Positions 29,538 to 38,994 of a stretch of DNA of 64,000 nt are shown here, piece by piece. The stretch is taken from NCBI GenBank assembly GCA_963695225.1, contig OY968762.1, forward strand, positions 2,176,001 to 2,240,000, in the 5' to 3' direction. The DNA comes from Vulcanimicrobiota bacterium (GTDB lineage Bacteria > Vulcanimicrobiota > Vulcanimicrobiia > Vulcanimicrobiales > Vulcanimicrobiaceae). The number at the start of each line of letters is the position of its first letter. Positions within the stretch are counted from its first letter, which is position 1. The translations under genes and the position numbers were made by a program. The notes under the pieces were generated by a model. It saw nothing but the letters and a program-made list of their open reading frames with translations, had not been told where the DNA came from and did no database searches.

Positions 29538-29978
29538 GTGTCTCTCTCGTCGCGGTTCGTAGGGCGTTCGGCGCATTCTCTGGATGAGAAGGGCCGGCTC
29601 GTCGTGCCCTCGCGCTATCGCGAGCGGCTGGGGAAGAGCTTCATGATGACGATCGGGACCCCCGATCGCTGCCTTGCGCTCTACCCGCTCGACGCCTGGG
29701 AACTGTTCGCGAAACGGCTCGAGGAGGCGCCCGTGAAGAACGAGCGCTACCGGCGCAACCTCCGCTATATCATGCAGCACACCGAGGAGGTGACGCCGGA
29801 CGGGCAGGGGCGCTTCCTGATCCCGCCGGTCTTGCGTGCCTATGCCGGAATCACGCGCGACGTCGTTTCCGTCGGCGCGAATACCCGGGTCGAAATTTGG
29901 GCGAAGGATCTGCTGACCGCCGACGGCCCGTCGAGCGAAGACGCGGAAGCGTTCGTGACCGAGCTGGGCCTGTATTAG
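29538..29978 (+). CDS. mraZ: Transcriptional regulator MraZ
   Basis: SLDEKGRLVVPSRYR and DGQGRFLIP (two DxxGR motifs), RVEIW. Confidence 0.93.
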   Translation: MSLSSRFVGRSAHSLDEKGRLVVPSRYRERLGKSFMMTIGTPDRCLALYPLDAWELFAKRLEEAPVKNERYRRNLRYIMQHTEEVTPDGQGRFLIPPVLRAYAGITRDVVSVGANTRVEIWAKDLLTADGPSSEDAEAFVTELGLY

Positions 29979-29979
29979 T

Positions 29980-30870
29980 GTGCCGGTCAGCGAAGCCGGC
30001 GGTACCGGCCACGTCCCCGTCCTCCTCGCCGAGACGCTCGCCGGCCTCGCGCCCGTACCGGGCGGCCTCTATGTCGATGCGACGTTCGGCGCGGGCGGGC
30101 ACAGCCGCGCACTGCTCGCGCTGCTCGGCCCGCAGGGGCGCGTCCTCGCGCTCGACCGCGACCCGGCCGCACGGCTCCGCCCGGACGACGACCCGCGCCT
30201 CGAGCTCGTCGCGGCGAACTTCGCCGACCTCGCCGCGGTCCTCGACGCGCGCGGCATCGATCTCGTCGACGGGGTTCTCTTCGATTTCGGCGTCTCGTCG
30301 ATGCAGCTCGACGAGCCCGAGCGCGGCTTCTCGCTCGCTGCCGACGGGCCGCTCGATATGCGGATGAACCCCTCGACCGGCCCGAGCGCCCTCGAGCTCC
30401 TCGCGACGAGCGAGGAGCGGGAGCTCGCCGACCTCATCTACGCCTACGGCGAGGAGCGGGCCGCGCGCCGCATCGCCCGCGCGATCGTCGCCGCTCGCGA
30501 AGCCGGGAAGCTCCCCAAGCGCACGCTCGAGCTCGCCCGGCTCGTCGCCGGCGTCGTCCACGTCCGCGGGAAGCGCGAGCGGATCCATCCCGCGACCCGC
30601 ACGTTCCAGGCGCTCCGGATCGCCGTCAACGACGAACTCGGCGCGATCGAACGCGGCCTCGACGCCGCGATCGCACGCACGCGCCCCGGCGGACGCATCG
30701 CCGCGATCTCCTTCCATTCCCTCGAGGATCGCATCGTGAAATTGCGCTTTCGTACCGACGAGCGCGTCGTCGCGCTCGCGAAGAAGCCGCTCGTCGCCGG
30801 CGACGAGGAGCTCGCGCGGAATCCGCGCGCGCGCAGCGCGAAGCTGAGAATTGCGGAGCGTGTCGCATGA
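29980..30870 (+). CDS. rsmH: 16S rRNA m4C1402 methyltransferase
   Basis: HVPVLL, DATFGAGGHS, DFGVSSMQLD, RGFS, PLDMRM, HPATRTFQALRIAVN, SFHSLEDR, NPRARSAKLR. Confidence 0.96.
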   Translation: MPVSEAGGTGHVPVLLAETLAGLAPVPGGLYVDATFGAGGHSRALLALLGPQGRVLALDRDPAARLRPDDDPRLELVAANFADLAAVLDARGIDLVDGVLFDFGVSSMQLDEPERGFSLAADGPLDMRMNPSTGPSALELLATSEERELADLIYAYGEERAARRIARAIVAAREAGKLPKRTLELARLVAGVVHVRGKRERIHPATRTFQALRIAVNDELGAIERGLDAAIARTRPGGRIAAISFHSLEDRIVKLRFRTDERVVALAKKPLVAGDEELARNPRARSAKLRIAERVA

Positions 30871-31295
30871 TCGCCCATCAACTCCCCGCGCAAGAACCGC
30901 GGCTTCGCATCGGGACCCGCGCCGGGCGCACCGCGAGCGAGCTGCGTCGCGTTCGAGTCCGGCGCAGCAAGTACGGCGTCGTCCTGCGCATCGCGACCGT
31001 CGCGATCCTCGTGACGATCTGCGTGATGGCATATCTGCTCCTCCTCGCGAACGTGACGAAGCTCCACTACCAGTCGCTGGGCGCCGAACACCAGCGGGCG
31101 AACCTTCAAGAAGAGACGCAGCGCCTCGACGACGAGATCGCGCGCCTTTCGTCGCGGGAACGGCTCGCGGCGCTCGCCGCGCACTTGGGCATGAAGGACG
31201 CGGCCACGTTCAGCGTCGTCCAGCTCGCCGCGCCGAAGGTCGCGCGCTCGGAACGGCTCCCGTTATTGTCTTCGATCGCCGGCTGGGGGCGCTAA
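30867..31295 (+). CDS. ftsL: Cell division protein FtsL-like
   Basis: Basic N-terminus, single TM, coiled coil ending LSSRERL...A..LGM; lies between rsmH and the PBP. Confidence 0.65.
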   Translation: MIAHQLPAQEPRLRIGTRAGRTASELRRVRVRRSKYGVVLRIATVAILVTICVMAYLLLLANVTKLHYQSLGAEHQRANLQEETQRLDDEIARLSSRERLAALAAHLGMKDAATFSVVQLAAPKVARSERLPLLSSIAGWGR

Positions 31296-31296
31296 G

Positions 31297-33069
31297 TTGA
31301 CCGGAGGCCGACCAGCGCGCAATCACGCGCGCGTCGCCTCGATGCGCGCCCGGCTGCTCTTCTGGATCGCGACCGGGTGCGCGCTCTTTCTCGCGGGGCG
31401 TCTCGTTCAGATCCAAATCGTCCTTGGGCCGAAGCTCGCGCACCGGGCGGACTTGCAGCACTTCGAGAAGTCGCACGTGATCCCGCTGCGCGGCACGATC
31501 TACGATCGCGACGGCGTCGCGCTCGTCCGTTCCCTCCCTTCGCAGAGCGTGTACGCCGACGTTTCGGTAATCGGGAACAAAGGCGTGACCGCGCGAATGC
31601 TCGCGCCGCTCCTCGGACGCTCGAGCGACTCGATTCTCGAGCAACTCGAGACCGAGTCCGGCTACGCGCTCCTGGCGCGGAAAGTCTCGCGCGACGTCGC
31701 GCAGGGCGTGCGCACGTTGAACCTGACCGGCATCCACGTCGATCCGGAGTTCTCCGGCGTGCGCTACGTCGTCTCGGGGCGTCTCGCCTCGACGCTGATC
31801 GGGTTCACCGGCACGGACGAAAATGGGCTCGAGGGAATCGAATACGCCTACGATTCGATCCTGCGCGGGACGCCGGGGCAAATCGTCACCGAAACGGACA
31901 ACGACGGCCGCACGATGCCGTTCGGCGCGCCGCGCATCGTCGAGGCGCCGAAGCCCGGGCACGGCCTGCAGCTGACGATCGATTCGTTCCTGCAGTTCAC
32001 GTGCGAGCAAGTGCTGCGCGACACCGTTCGCAAGTTCTCCGCGCGCAACGGTACGGCGATCGTGATGGATCCGCAGACGGGCGAGATCCTCGCGCTCGCG
32101 AACGCGCCCGATTACGACGTGCGCGATTTCAGACACGCGGCCCCGGAAACGCGGCGAGACCGGGGCGTGACGGACGTCTACGAACCGGGCTCGACGTTCA
32201 AGCTGTTCACCGCCGCCGCCGCGCTCGAACGCGGCATCCCAGCGAACGCCCGTTTCCCGGCGCGCGACTCGCTCGCGATCGGCGGGCGCGTCATCCACAA
32301 CGCGGAAGACGGGTTCATGGCCGGCACCGGCGGGACGGAGTCGATCGAAGACATCATCGCGTATTCGCACAACGTCGGCGCCGCGGAACTCGGGATCGCG
32401 ACGGGGCGCGGCGCGCTGTACAAGACGATCCGCAGTTTCGGTTTCGGCGACGAGACGAACTCGGGGCTCCCCGGTGAGAGCGCCGGGATCGTCCCGCGCC
32501 CCGCGGATTGGAGCGGGACGTCGCTCCCGACGATCGCGTTCGGGCACGGCGTCTCGACGACGCCGCTCGGGCTCGTGCGGGCCTATGCGGCGATTGCGAA
32601 CGGAGGGATCCTCCTGCGCCCTCGCATCCTGGCGGCGATCCTCGATTCGGACGGCCACGTCGCCTATCGCTACGGCCGTGAGGTGGAGCATCGTGCGATC
32701 TCGGAGCGGACGGCGGCCCAATTGCGCCGCTATCTGCGCGCGGTGGTCGTGCGCGGGACCGGAAATCCGACGGCACACGTCGATGGCTACACGACGGCCG
32801 GGAAGACCGGGACGGCTCAGATAGCGGAAAACGGCCGGTACGTTCCCGGAGCCTACGTCGCGTCGTTCGTCGGGATGATTCCGGCCGAGGCGCCGAAGTT
32901 CGTCATCCTCGTGAAGATCGAACGGCCGCGCGGCGCGATCTACGGGAGCGTCGTCGCGGCGCCCGCCTTCGCGAAGATCGCGCGCGCTGCGATGCTCCAT
33001 GCGGGCGTGCTCCCCGCCGAAAGCTCCCGCTTGGTTCGGACGGCCGGCGCGTCGAAACGAGCGTTATGA
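31297..33069 (+). CDS. ftsI: Class B penicillin-binding protein (FtsI/SpoVD-like)
   Basis: RGTIYDRDG, GLEGIE, LTID, YEPGSTFK (SxxK), SHN (SxN), GKTGTAQ. Confidence 0.9.
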   Translation: MTGGRPARNHARVASMRARLLFWIATGCALFLAGRLVQIQIVLGPKLAHRADLQHFEKSHVIPLRGTIYDRDGVALVRSLPSQSVYADVSVIGNKGVTARMLAPLLGRSSDSILEQLETESGYALLARKVSRDVAQGVRTLNLTGIHVDPEFSGVRYVVSGRLASTLIGFTGTDENGLEGIEYAYDSILRGTPGQIVTETDNDGRTMPFGAPRIVEAPKPGHGLQLTIDSFLQFTCEQVLRDTVRKFSARNGTAIVMDPQTGEILALANAPDYDVRDFRHAAPETRRDRGVTDVYEPGSTFKLFTAAAALERGIPANARFPARDSLAIGGRVIHNAEDGFMAGTGGTESIEDIIAYSHNVGAAELGIATGRGALYKTIRSFGFGDETNSGLPGESAGIVPRPADWSGTSLPTIAFGHGVSTTPLGLVRAYAAIANGGILLRPRILAAILDSDGHVAYRYGREVEHRAISERTAAQLRRYLRAVVVRGTGNPTAHVDGYTTAGKTGTAQIAENGRYVPGAYVASFVGMIPAEAPKFVILVKIERPRGAIYGSVVAAPAFAKIARAAMLHAGVLPAESSRLVRTAGASKRAL

Positions 33070-34550
33070 ACGATGCGCCCATTATGAGCGTCGCTCGATT
33101 GGTTTCCGGAATCGAAGGCGTTCGGATCGTCGGCCCGTCCGAACGGCCGGTCGCCGCGCTCGTCCACGATTCGCGGGCCGTCCGTCCGGGAAGCGCCTTC
33201 GTCGCGTTGCCCGGCACGCGCGTCGACGGGCACGAGTTCGTCGCGCAGGCGCTCGCCGCCGGCGCATCGACGATCGTCGTCGATGCCGCGCACGCGTCCC
33301 TAGCCGAACGTGCGGGCGACGCATATACGGGCGTCGTCGTCCCGGAGACCGGGCTCGCGCTCTCCCGCCTCGCGGCGACGTTCTACGGGAATCCCTCCGC
33401 GTCGCTCGACGTCGTGGGCGTGACTGGGACGAACGGGAAGACGACGACCGTCGCGCTGATCGCGGCGATCCTCGACGGTTCCGGCATCGCCGCCGGACGG
33501 ATCGGGACGCTCGGCGCCGAGTTCGGCGGGGAAGAACGGCCGCTCGCGAACACGACGCCGCTCGCCCTCGAATTGCAAGCCCTGCTCGCGGACATGCGCA
33601 GGCGGGGCGCGAGGGCCGTCGCGATGGAGGTCAGCTCGCACGCGCTCGCGCTCGGACGCGTCGCGGACGTCCGTTTCGCGTGCGCGGTGCTGACGAACGT
33701 CACGCGCGATCACCTCGATTTCCACGGCACGTTCGAGGCCTATGCGGCCGCGAAGCGGCGGCTGTTCGATACGGCGCAGTACGCGGTCGTCAATCGCGAC
33801 GATCCGGAGGGCGCGGCCTGGGGGCGCGCGCTCCCGGCCGAGCGCTGCACCACGTACGGGCTCGATACCGCCGCAGACATCCGCGCCGAACGCCTCGAGT
33901 CGACGCCGGGCGGCAGCACGTTTTTCGTGGACGGGCAGCGCTTCGTGATCCGCCTCCCGGGGCGCTTCAACGTCGCGAACGCGCTCGCCGCGATCGCCGT
34001 GGCGCGGCGCTTCGGCGTGGAAGATCGCGAGAGCGCGCGCGTCCTGGCCGCTTTCGAGCGCGTCCCGGGGCGCATGGAGCATTTCGCCGACGGCGGGCTC
34101 GACGTCATCGTCGATTACGCGCATACGCCCGACGCGCTCGCGAACGTCCTGCACGCCGCGCGCGAGGCGAGCCGGGGGCGCGTCGTCGTCGTCTTCGGCT
34201 GCGGCGGGGACCGCGATCGCGGGAAGCGCCCCGAGATGGGCCGCATCGCGACCGAACTCGCCGATCGCGCCATCGTGACGAGCGACAACCCGCGCGGGGA
34301 AGAGCCCCGAGCGATCATCGACGAGATCCTCGCCGGCTTCGTGCCGGACGATCGGACCGTCGTCGAACCCGACCGGCGGTCGGCGATCCGGCTCGCGATC
34401 TCCGAAGCGCGGCCCGGCGACGTCGTCGTCATCGCGGGGAAAGGGCACGAGACGTATCAGATCGAGGGCGGCGAGCGCCGTCACTTCGACGATCGCGAGG
34501 AAGCCGCGGCGGCGCTGCGCGCCCGCGCCCGCGCCGAGGAGCCGGCGTGA
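33066..34550 (+). CDS. murE: UDP-MurNAc-dipeptide:meso-DAP ligase
   Basis: GVTGTNGKTT, MEVSSH, DHLDFH, DYAHTPD, GDRDRGKR, DNPR (meso-DAP motif), AGKGHE. Confidence 0.95.
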   Translation: MNDAPIMSVARLVSGIEGVRIVGPSERPVAALVHDSRAVRPGSAFVALPGTRVDGHEFVAQALAAGASTIVVDAAHASLAERAGDAYTGVVVPETGLALSRLAATFYGNPSASLDVVGVTGTNGKTTTVALIAAILDGSGIAAGRIGTLGAEFGGEERPLANTTPLALELQALLADMRRRGARAVAMEVSSHALALGRVADVRFACAVLTNVTRDHLDFHGTFEAYAAAKRRLFDTAQYAVVNRDDPEGAAWGRALPAERCTTYGLDTAADIRAERLESTPGGSTFFVDGQRFVIRLPGRFNVANALAAIAVARRFGVEDRESARVLAAFERVPGRMEHFADGGLDVIVDYAHTPDALANVLHAAREASRGRVVVVFGCGGDRDRGKRPEMGRIATELADRAIVTSDNPRGEEPRAIIDEILAGFVPDDRTVVEPDRRSAIRLAISEARPGDVVVIAGKGHETYQIEGGERRHFDDREEAAAALRARARAEEPA

Positions 34551-35923
34551 GCGTCGGAACGAAAGAAGCGCTCGCCGCGACCGGAGCGCTGACGCTCGCA
34601 CCGGAGCGCTTGCCGCAGACCCTGCGCATCTCGACCGATACGCGCACGCTCCAGCCCGGGGAGACGTTTCTCGCGCTGCGCGGCCCGAACTTCGACGGAC
34701 ACCGCTTCGTGCGCGCCGCGCTCGAGCGGGGAGCGCTCGCGCTCGTCGTTTCGGAGCCGGAAGTCGTCCCCGCGGGGACTCCGGCGCTCGTCGTCCCCGA
34801 GACGACCGCCGCGTACCTCGCGTTCGCGGCGGCGGCCCGGCGCTCGCTGGACGCTCGCGTCGTCGCGATCACCGGGAGCACCGGGAAGACGACGACGCGC
34901 TCGCTGCTGGCGCAACTCGCCGACCGGGCGGGGCTCGGCCGCGTCGCGGCGACGCCGGCGAACGAAAACAACGAGATCGGCGTCAGCAAACTCTTCCTCT
35001 CGCTCGACGAGCGCACGAAGATCGTCGTCGCCGAATTCGGCTGCCGCAAATTCGGCGACATCGAGCCGCTCGTCGCGATCGCCGCGCCCGATATCGCGAT
35101 CCTCACGAACGTGGGAGACGCGCATCTCGAGATCATGGGCTCGCGCGAGCGCTTGATCGAGACGAAATTCGGAATCTTCGCCGGCGGCGCGCTCCCGATT
35201 CTCAACGCGAACGATCCGGTTTCACGCGCGCGCGCGCCGCAGCTCGCGCGCGAACCGCGCTGGTTCGCCGCGCTCGATTCCGTGACGGACGATCTGCCCG
35301 CCGGGGACGTGACGCTCGTCGGGAGCGATCGGGCGATCGTGCGCGGCGCCGCGGGGCGCATCGAGCTGCCGCTCGACGTCCGTTTGCCGGGCGCGCACAA
35401 TCGCGCGAATCTCGCAGCCGCGTTCGCCGCGGCGCTCGCGCTCGGAGCCGACCCGGCGTTGCTTTGCGAGATCGTGCCGCACCTCGCGCTCCCGGCGGGA
35501 CGGTACGAGCGCTCGCAGCTCGGGGCCTACGAGATCATCTTCGATGCGTACAACGCCTCGCCGGCGGGGACGATCGCGACGCTCGGCTCGTTTGCCCAGG
35601 AACGCGCCGCCCGGCGCATCGCCGTCTTGTCGAGCATGGCCGAGCTCGGCCCCGAGGCGCCGCAACTGCACGAGCGCGTCGGTGAAGCGGCCGCGCGTGC
35701 GGGTCTCGAACTGCTCTTCGTCGGCGGAGATTTCGCTGAGGAGCTGGCCCGCGGCGCGCGCGAGGCCGGCTTCGGCGGCGAGCGCATCCTGCGCTTCCGC
35801 GATAACGCGGCGGCCGCCGGCGCCCTGCGCGAACGGGTGATGCCCGGCGACCTGATCCTCTTCAAGGGCTCGCGCATGTATCGTCTCGAGGAGATCGTCC
35901 GTGCGTTGCGCGTCGATGGCTGA
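34547..35923 (+). CDS. murF: UDP-MurNAc-tripeptide:D-Ala-D-Ala ligase
   Basis: DTRTL, G.NFDGH, ITGSTGKTTT, NNEIG, AHLE, DAYNASP, MAELG, KGSR. Confidence 0.93.
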   Translation: MSVGTKEALAATGALTLAPERLPQTLRISTDTRTLQPGETFLALRGPNFDGHRFVRAALERGALALVVSEPEVVPAGTPALVVPETTAAYLAFAAAARRSLDARVVAITGSTGKTTTRSLLAQLADRAGLGRVAATPANENNEIGVSKLFLSLDERTKIVVAEFGCRKFGDIEPLVAIAAPDIAILTNVGDAHLEIMGSRERLIETKFGIFAGGALPILNANDPVSRARAPQLAREPRWFAALDSVTDDLPAGDVTLVGSDRAIVRGAAGRIELPLDVRLPGAHNRANLAAAFAAALALGADPALLCEIVPHLALPAGRYERSQLGAYEIIFDAYNASPAGTIATLGSFAQERAARRIAVLSSMAELGPEAPQLHERVGEAAARAGLELLFVGGDFAEELARGAREAGFGGERILRFRDNAAAAGALRERVMPGDLILFKGSRMYRLEEIVRALRVDG

Positions 35924-36650
35924 GGCGGCCGTGAAGCTTCCATTGCGCGTCGTCGGCGCGCCGCTCGAAGGCCTGGGCGCGGAACGAGGCGTCGTCGCGT
36001 TGCCGGTCCGCACGCGCCTGATCGCGCGCGGCGACGATATTCCCGAGCTCGTCGCGCAGGCGGTCGCGGGGATCGCGCGTTCCGGCGACGTCGTGGCGGT
36101 CGCCGAGACGGCCGTCGCGATCGCTCAAGGGCGTCTCATCGCAGCGGAGACGGTGCGCCCCGGCAAGCTCGCGCTCTTCCTCGCGCCGAGGGCCGGCGCG
36201 GCTTCGACGGTCAACCAGCCCGAGTCGCTGCAGATCGTCATCGACAAGGTCGGCGCGCCGAAGGTGCTGTTCGCAGCGGCGCTGCAGGCGGCCGGGCGCT
36301 TCGTCGGGCGGCGTGGCGCGTTCTATCGCGTCCTCGGCGAGACGATAGCCGAAATCGACGGGTACACCGGGACGCTGCCGCCGTACGAGACGACGATCGT
36401 GCTCGGCCCCGAGGCCCCCGACCGCATAGCGACGGAGATCGCGGCGCGCCTGGGGACGCACGCGCTGATCGTCGATGCGAACGATCTCGGCATCGCGAAG
36501 GTCCTCGGCGCTTCGCCGGGTGTCGCGCGCGCGAATGCGGAGGCGGTGCTGCGCGCGAATCCGCACGGGAACGGCGACGAACAAACGCCGGTCGTCGTCT
36601 TGAAATGGCGCGGCTCCGGACCGAGCCCGCTCGAACGGCGCTCCGCATGA
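35916..36650 (+). CDS. CofE / F420-0:gamma-glutamyl ligase-like amide ligase inside the dcw cluster
   Basis: PVRTRLI..GDD, VAETAVAIAQGR, EIDG, IVDANDLG, NP.GNGDEQTPVVV; overlaps the murF stop and the mraY start. Confidence 0.75.
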   Translation: MAEAAVKLPLRVVGAPLEGLGAERGVVALPVRTRLIARGDDIPELVAQAVAGIARSGDVVAVAETAVAIAQGRLIAAETVRPGKLALFLAPRAGAASTVNQPESLQIVIDKVGAPKVLFAAALQAAGRFVGRRGAFYRVLGETIAEIDGYTGTLPPYETTIVLGPEAPDRIATEIAARLGTHALIVDANDLGIAKVLGASPGVARANAEAVLRANPHGNGDEQTPVVVLKWRGSGPSPLERRSA

Positions 36651-37594
36651 CGCCGTTCGTCTTGTTCGCGCTCGTGCTCGGCGGCACGCTCGCGCTCGGC
36701 CGTCCGATGATCGCCGCGTTGCGCGCGCTCTCCGTCCGTCAAACTGCGTACGAGGATGCGCCGAAATCGCACGCGAGCAAGAGCGGGACGCCGACGATGG
36801 GCGGCGTGCTTTTCCTTTTCGGCTTGCTCGCGACGCTCGCGCTGCGCCACGATACGGCGACCGTCGCGCTCGCGGTCCTCGGGCTCGGCTGCGGTGCGAT
36901 CGGCTTCTTCGACGATTACGCTGCGATCAAACGCGGGCGCAATCGCGGCTTGCGCGCGCGAGAGAAATTCGCCCTGACGGCGCTCGTCGGCATCGTCTTC
37001 CTTTTCCTCGTGCGCAACGAGCCGGCGGCGGCGAATGCGACGCTCTTGACGCTCGGCGGAAACGGGCTGACCGCACCTTCGTTCGTGTGGTATCCGCTCG
37101 CGCTCTTCGCGATCCTCGGGACGATCCACGCCGTCAACTTGACCGACGGGCTCGACGGGCTCGCCGCCGGCACGATCCTCCCGCCGCTCGCCGTCTTCGC
37201 GTGGCTCGGCTGGCGCGCCGGGACGGAGGGCGTCGTCCTCGTCGACGTCGCAACGGCAGCTTCGGTCCTCGGGTTTCTGGCATACAACCGCCATCCGGCG
37301 GCGGTCTTCATGGGCGACACCGGCTCGCTCGCGCTCGGCGGCGTGCTCGCGGGGAGCGCGATCCTCACGGGTTCGCTGCTCGTCCTCCCCTTGATCGGCG
37401 GCGTATTCTTAGCGGAGACGCTGTCGGTGATCGTCCAAGTCGCGTACTTCAAACGCACGCGGAAACGGATCTTTCGTATGAGTCCTCTCCACCATCATTT
37501 CGAACTCGGCGGGTGGCCTGAGACGACGGTGACGGCCAGGTTCTGGACGGCGTCGGCGCTCTGCTCCCTCGCCGGTGCGGTGCTCGTGCGATGA
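36647..37594 (+). CDS. mraY: Phospho-MurNAc-pentapeptide transferase
   Basis: KSGTPTMGG, GFFDDY, AVNLTDGLDGLA, FMGDTGS, PLHHHFE. Confidence 0.96.
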   Translation: MTPFVLFALVLGGTLALGRPMIAALRALSVRQTAYEDAPKSHASKSGTPTMGGVLFLFGLLATLALRHDTATVALAVLGLGCGAIGFFDDYAAIKRGRNRGLRAREKFALTALVGIVFLFLVRNEPAAANATLLTLGGNGLTAPSFVWYPLALFAILGTIHAVNLTDGLDGLAAGTILPPLAVFAWLGWRAGTEGVVLVDVATAASVLGFLAYNRHPAAVFMGDTGSLALGGVLAGSAILTGSLLVLPLIGGVFLAETLSVIVQVAYFKRTRKRIFRMSPLHHHFELGGWPETTVTARFWTASALCSLAGAVLVR

Positions 37595-38994
37595 GCGACG
37601 CATCCGGGACCTTCGACGCGCGCGAGCGCGTGCTCGTGATCGGGCTCGGACGGAGCGGCCTCGCGAGCGCCGCCGTCTTGCGCGAGCGCGGTGCCGCCGT
37701 CGTCGCGACCGACGACAAGCCGCTCGCGCAATTGAGCGAAGCGCTCGCATCGCTCGCCGAATGCGGCGCGCGTTTCGTCTCGCCCGACGAGCTCGAGGCC
37801 GAATTCGGCCAGCTCACGTCGGCCGTGCTCTCACCGGGAATACCGCTGACGAACCCGCTCGTGCGGCAGGTGCAGGAAGCGCGCATCCCCGTCTACAGCG
37901 AGATCGAAGTGGCCTATCGCATCGCGCGTGCGCCGATCGTCGCGCTCAGCGGAACGAAAGGGAAATCGACGACGACCGCATTGATCGGCGCGTTGTTTCG
38001 GCGCGCCGGGCTGACGACGTTCGTCGGCGGGAACATCGGGAACGCGCTCATCCGGGAGACGGCTCTCGCGGGGCCCGGCGATTGGGTCATCGCAGAGGTC
38101 AGCTCGTTCCAGCTCGAATCGATCCGCTCGTTCAAGCCGCGCATCTCGGCGCTCATCAACCTTTCGCCCGACCACCTCGACCGGTATCACTCGATGGAAG
38201 AGTACGCCGAAGCGAAGTTCCGTATCTTCGCAAATCAAGGCCCCGGGGATACGTTCGTCGGCAATCTCGACGACCCGTCGATCGCCGCGCTCGGGGAAGG
38301 CGAGACGGTCAAGCGCTTGCGCTGCCGCGCGCTCTGGTTCTCGCGCTCCGCGAAGCGCGGCGCGACGCTCTACGTGCGCAACGAGCGAATCGTCTACGCG
38401 CCGCCGAGCGGTGACCCGCGGCCGGTCGAGATCATGCCCGTTGCGGAAATCCCGCTGCTCGGCGAGCACAACGTCGACAACGTGCTCGCGGCGGTGCTCG
38501 TCGGGCTTGCGGCCGATCTCGGCCCCGAGGCGTTGCGCGCCGGCGTCCGCGAGTTCGCGCCGCTCGCGCACCGTCTGCAGCTCGTCGCGGAGATCGGCGG
38601 CGTGCGCTACGTCGACGATTCGAAGGCGACGAATCCAGGTTCCGTCATCGCTGCCTTGCAGGCATTCGATGCGCCGATCGTGCTGATCGCGGGCGGGAAG
38701 TCGAAGGGCACCGACTTCGGAGCTCTCGGCGTCGTCGCTTCGGAGCGCGCGAAGGCGGTCATCGTGATCGGCGAAGCAGCCGACGAGATCGCGAGCACCG
38801 TCGCCCGCGACAAGGTGCGGCGCGCGGGTTCGATGGCCGAGGCCGTCAAGATCGCGCGCGAGCTCGCGCGGGCGGGGGACGTCGTGTTGCTCTCGCCGGG
38901 TTGCGCTTCGTTCGACATGTTCGCTTCGGCCGAAGCGCGTGGTGAAGCGTTCGCGCTCGCCGTCGCGCCCGCGGAGGCCGCGCATGGAGCGTGA
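37591..38994 (+). CDS. murD: UDP-MurNAc-L-Ala:D-Glu ligase
   Basis: GLGRSG, SPGIP, GTKGKSTT, GGNIG, EVSSFQL, DHLDRY, DDSKATN, LSPGCASFD. Confidence 0.95.
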   Translation: MSDASGTFDARERVLVIGLGRSGLASAAVLRERGAAVVATDDKPLAQLSEALASLAECGARFVSPDELEAEFGQLTSAVLSPGIPLTNPLVRQVQEARIPVYSEIEVAYRIARAPIVALSGTKGKSTTTALIGALFRRAGLTTFVGGNIGNALIRETALAGPGDWVIAEVSSFQLESIRSFKPRISALINLSPDHLDRYHSMEEYAEAKFRIFANQGPGDTFVGNLDDPSIAALGEGETVKRLRCRALWFSRSAKRGATLYVRNERIVYAPPSGDPRPVEIMPVAEIPLLGEHNVDNVLAAVLVGLAADLGPEALRAGVREFAPLAHRLQLVAEIGGVRYVDDSKATNPGSVIAALQAFDAPIVLIAGGKSKGTDFGALGVVASERAKAVIVIGEAADEIASTVARDKVRRAGSMAEAVKIARELARAGDVVLLSPGCASFDMFASAEARGEAFALAVAPAEAAHGA

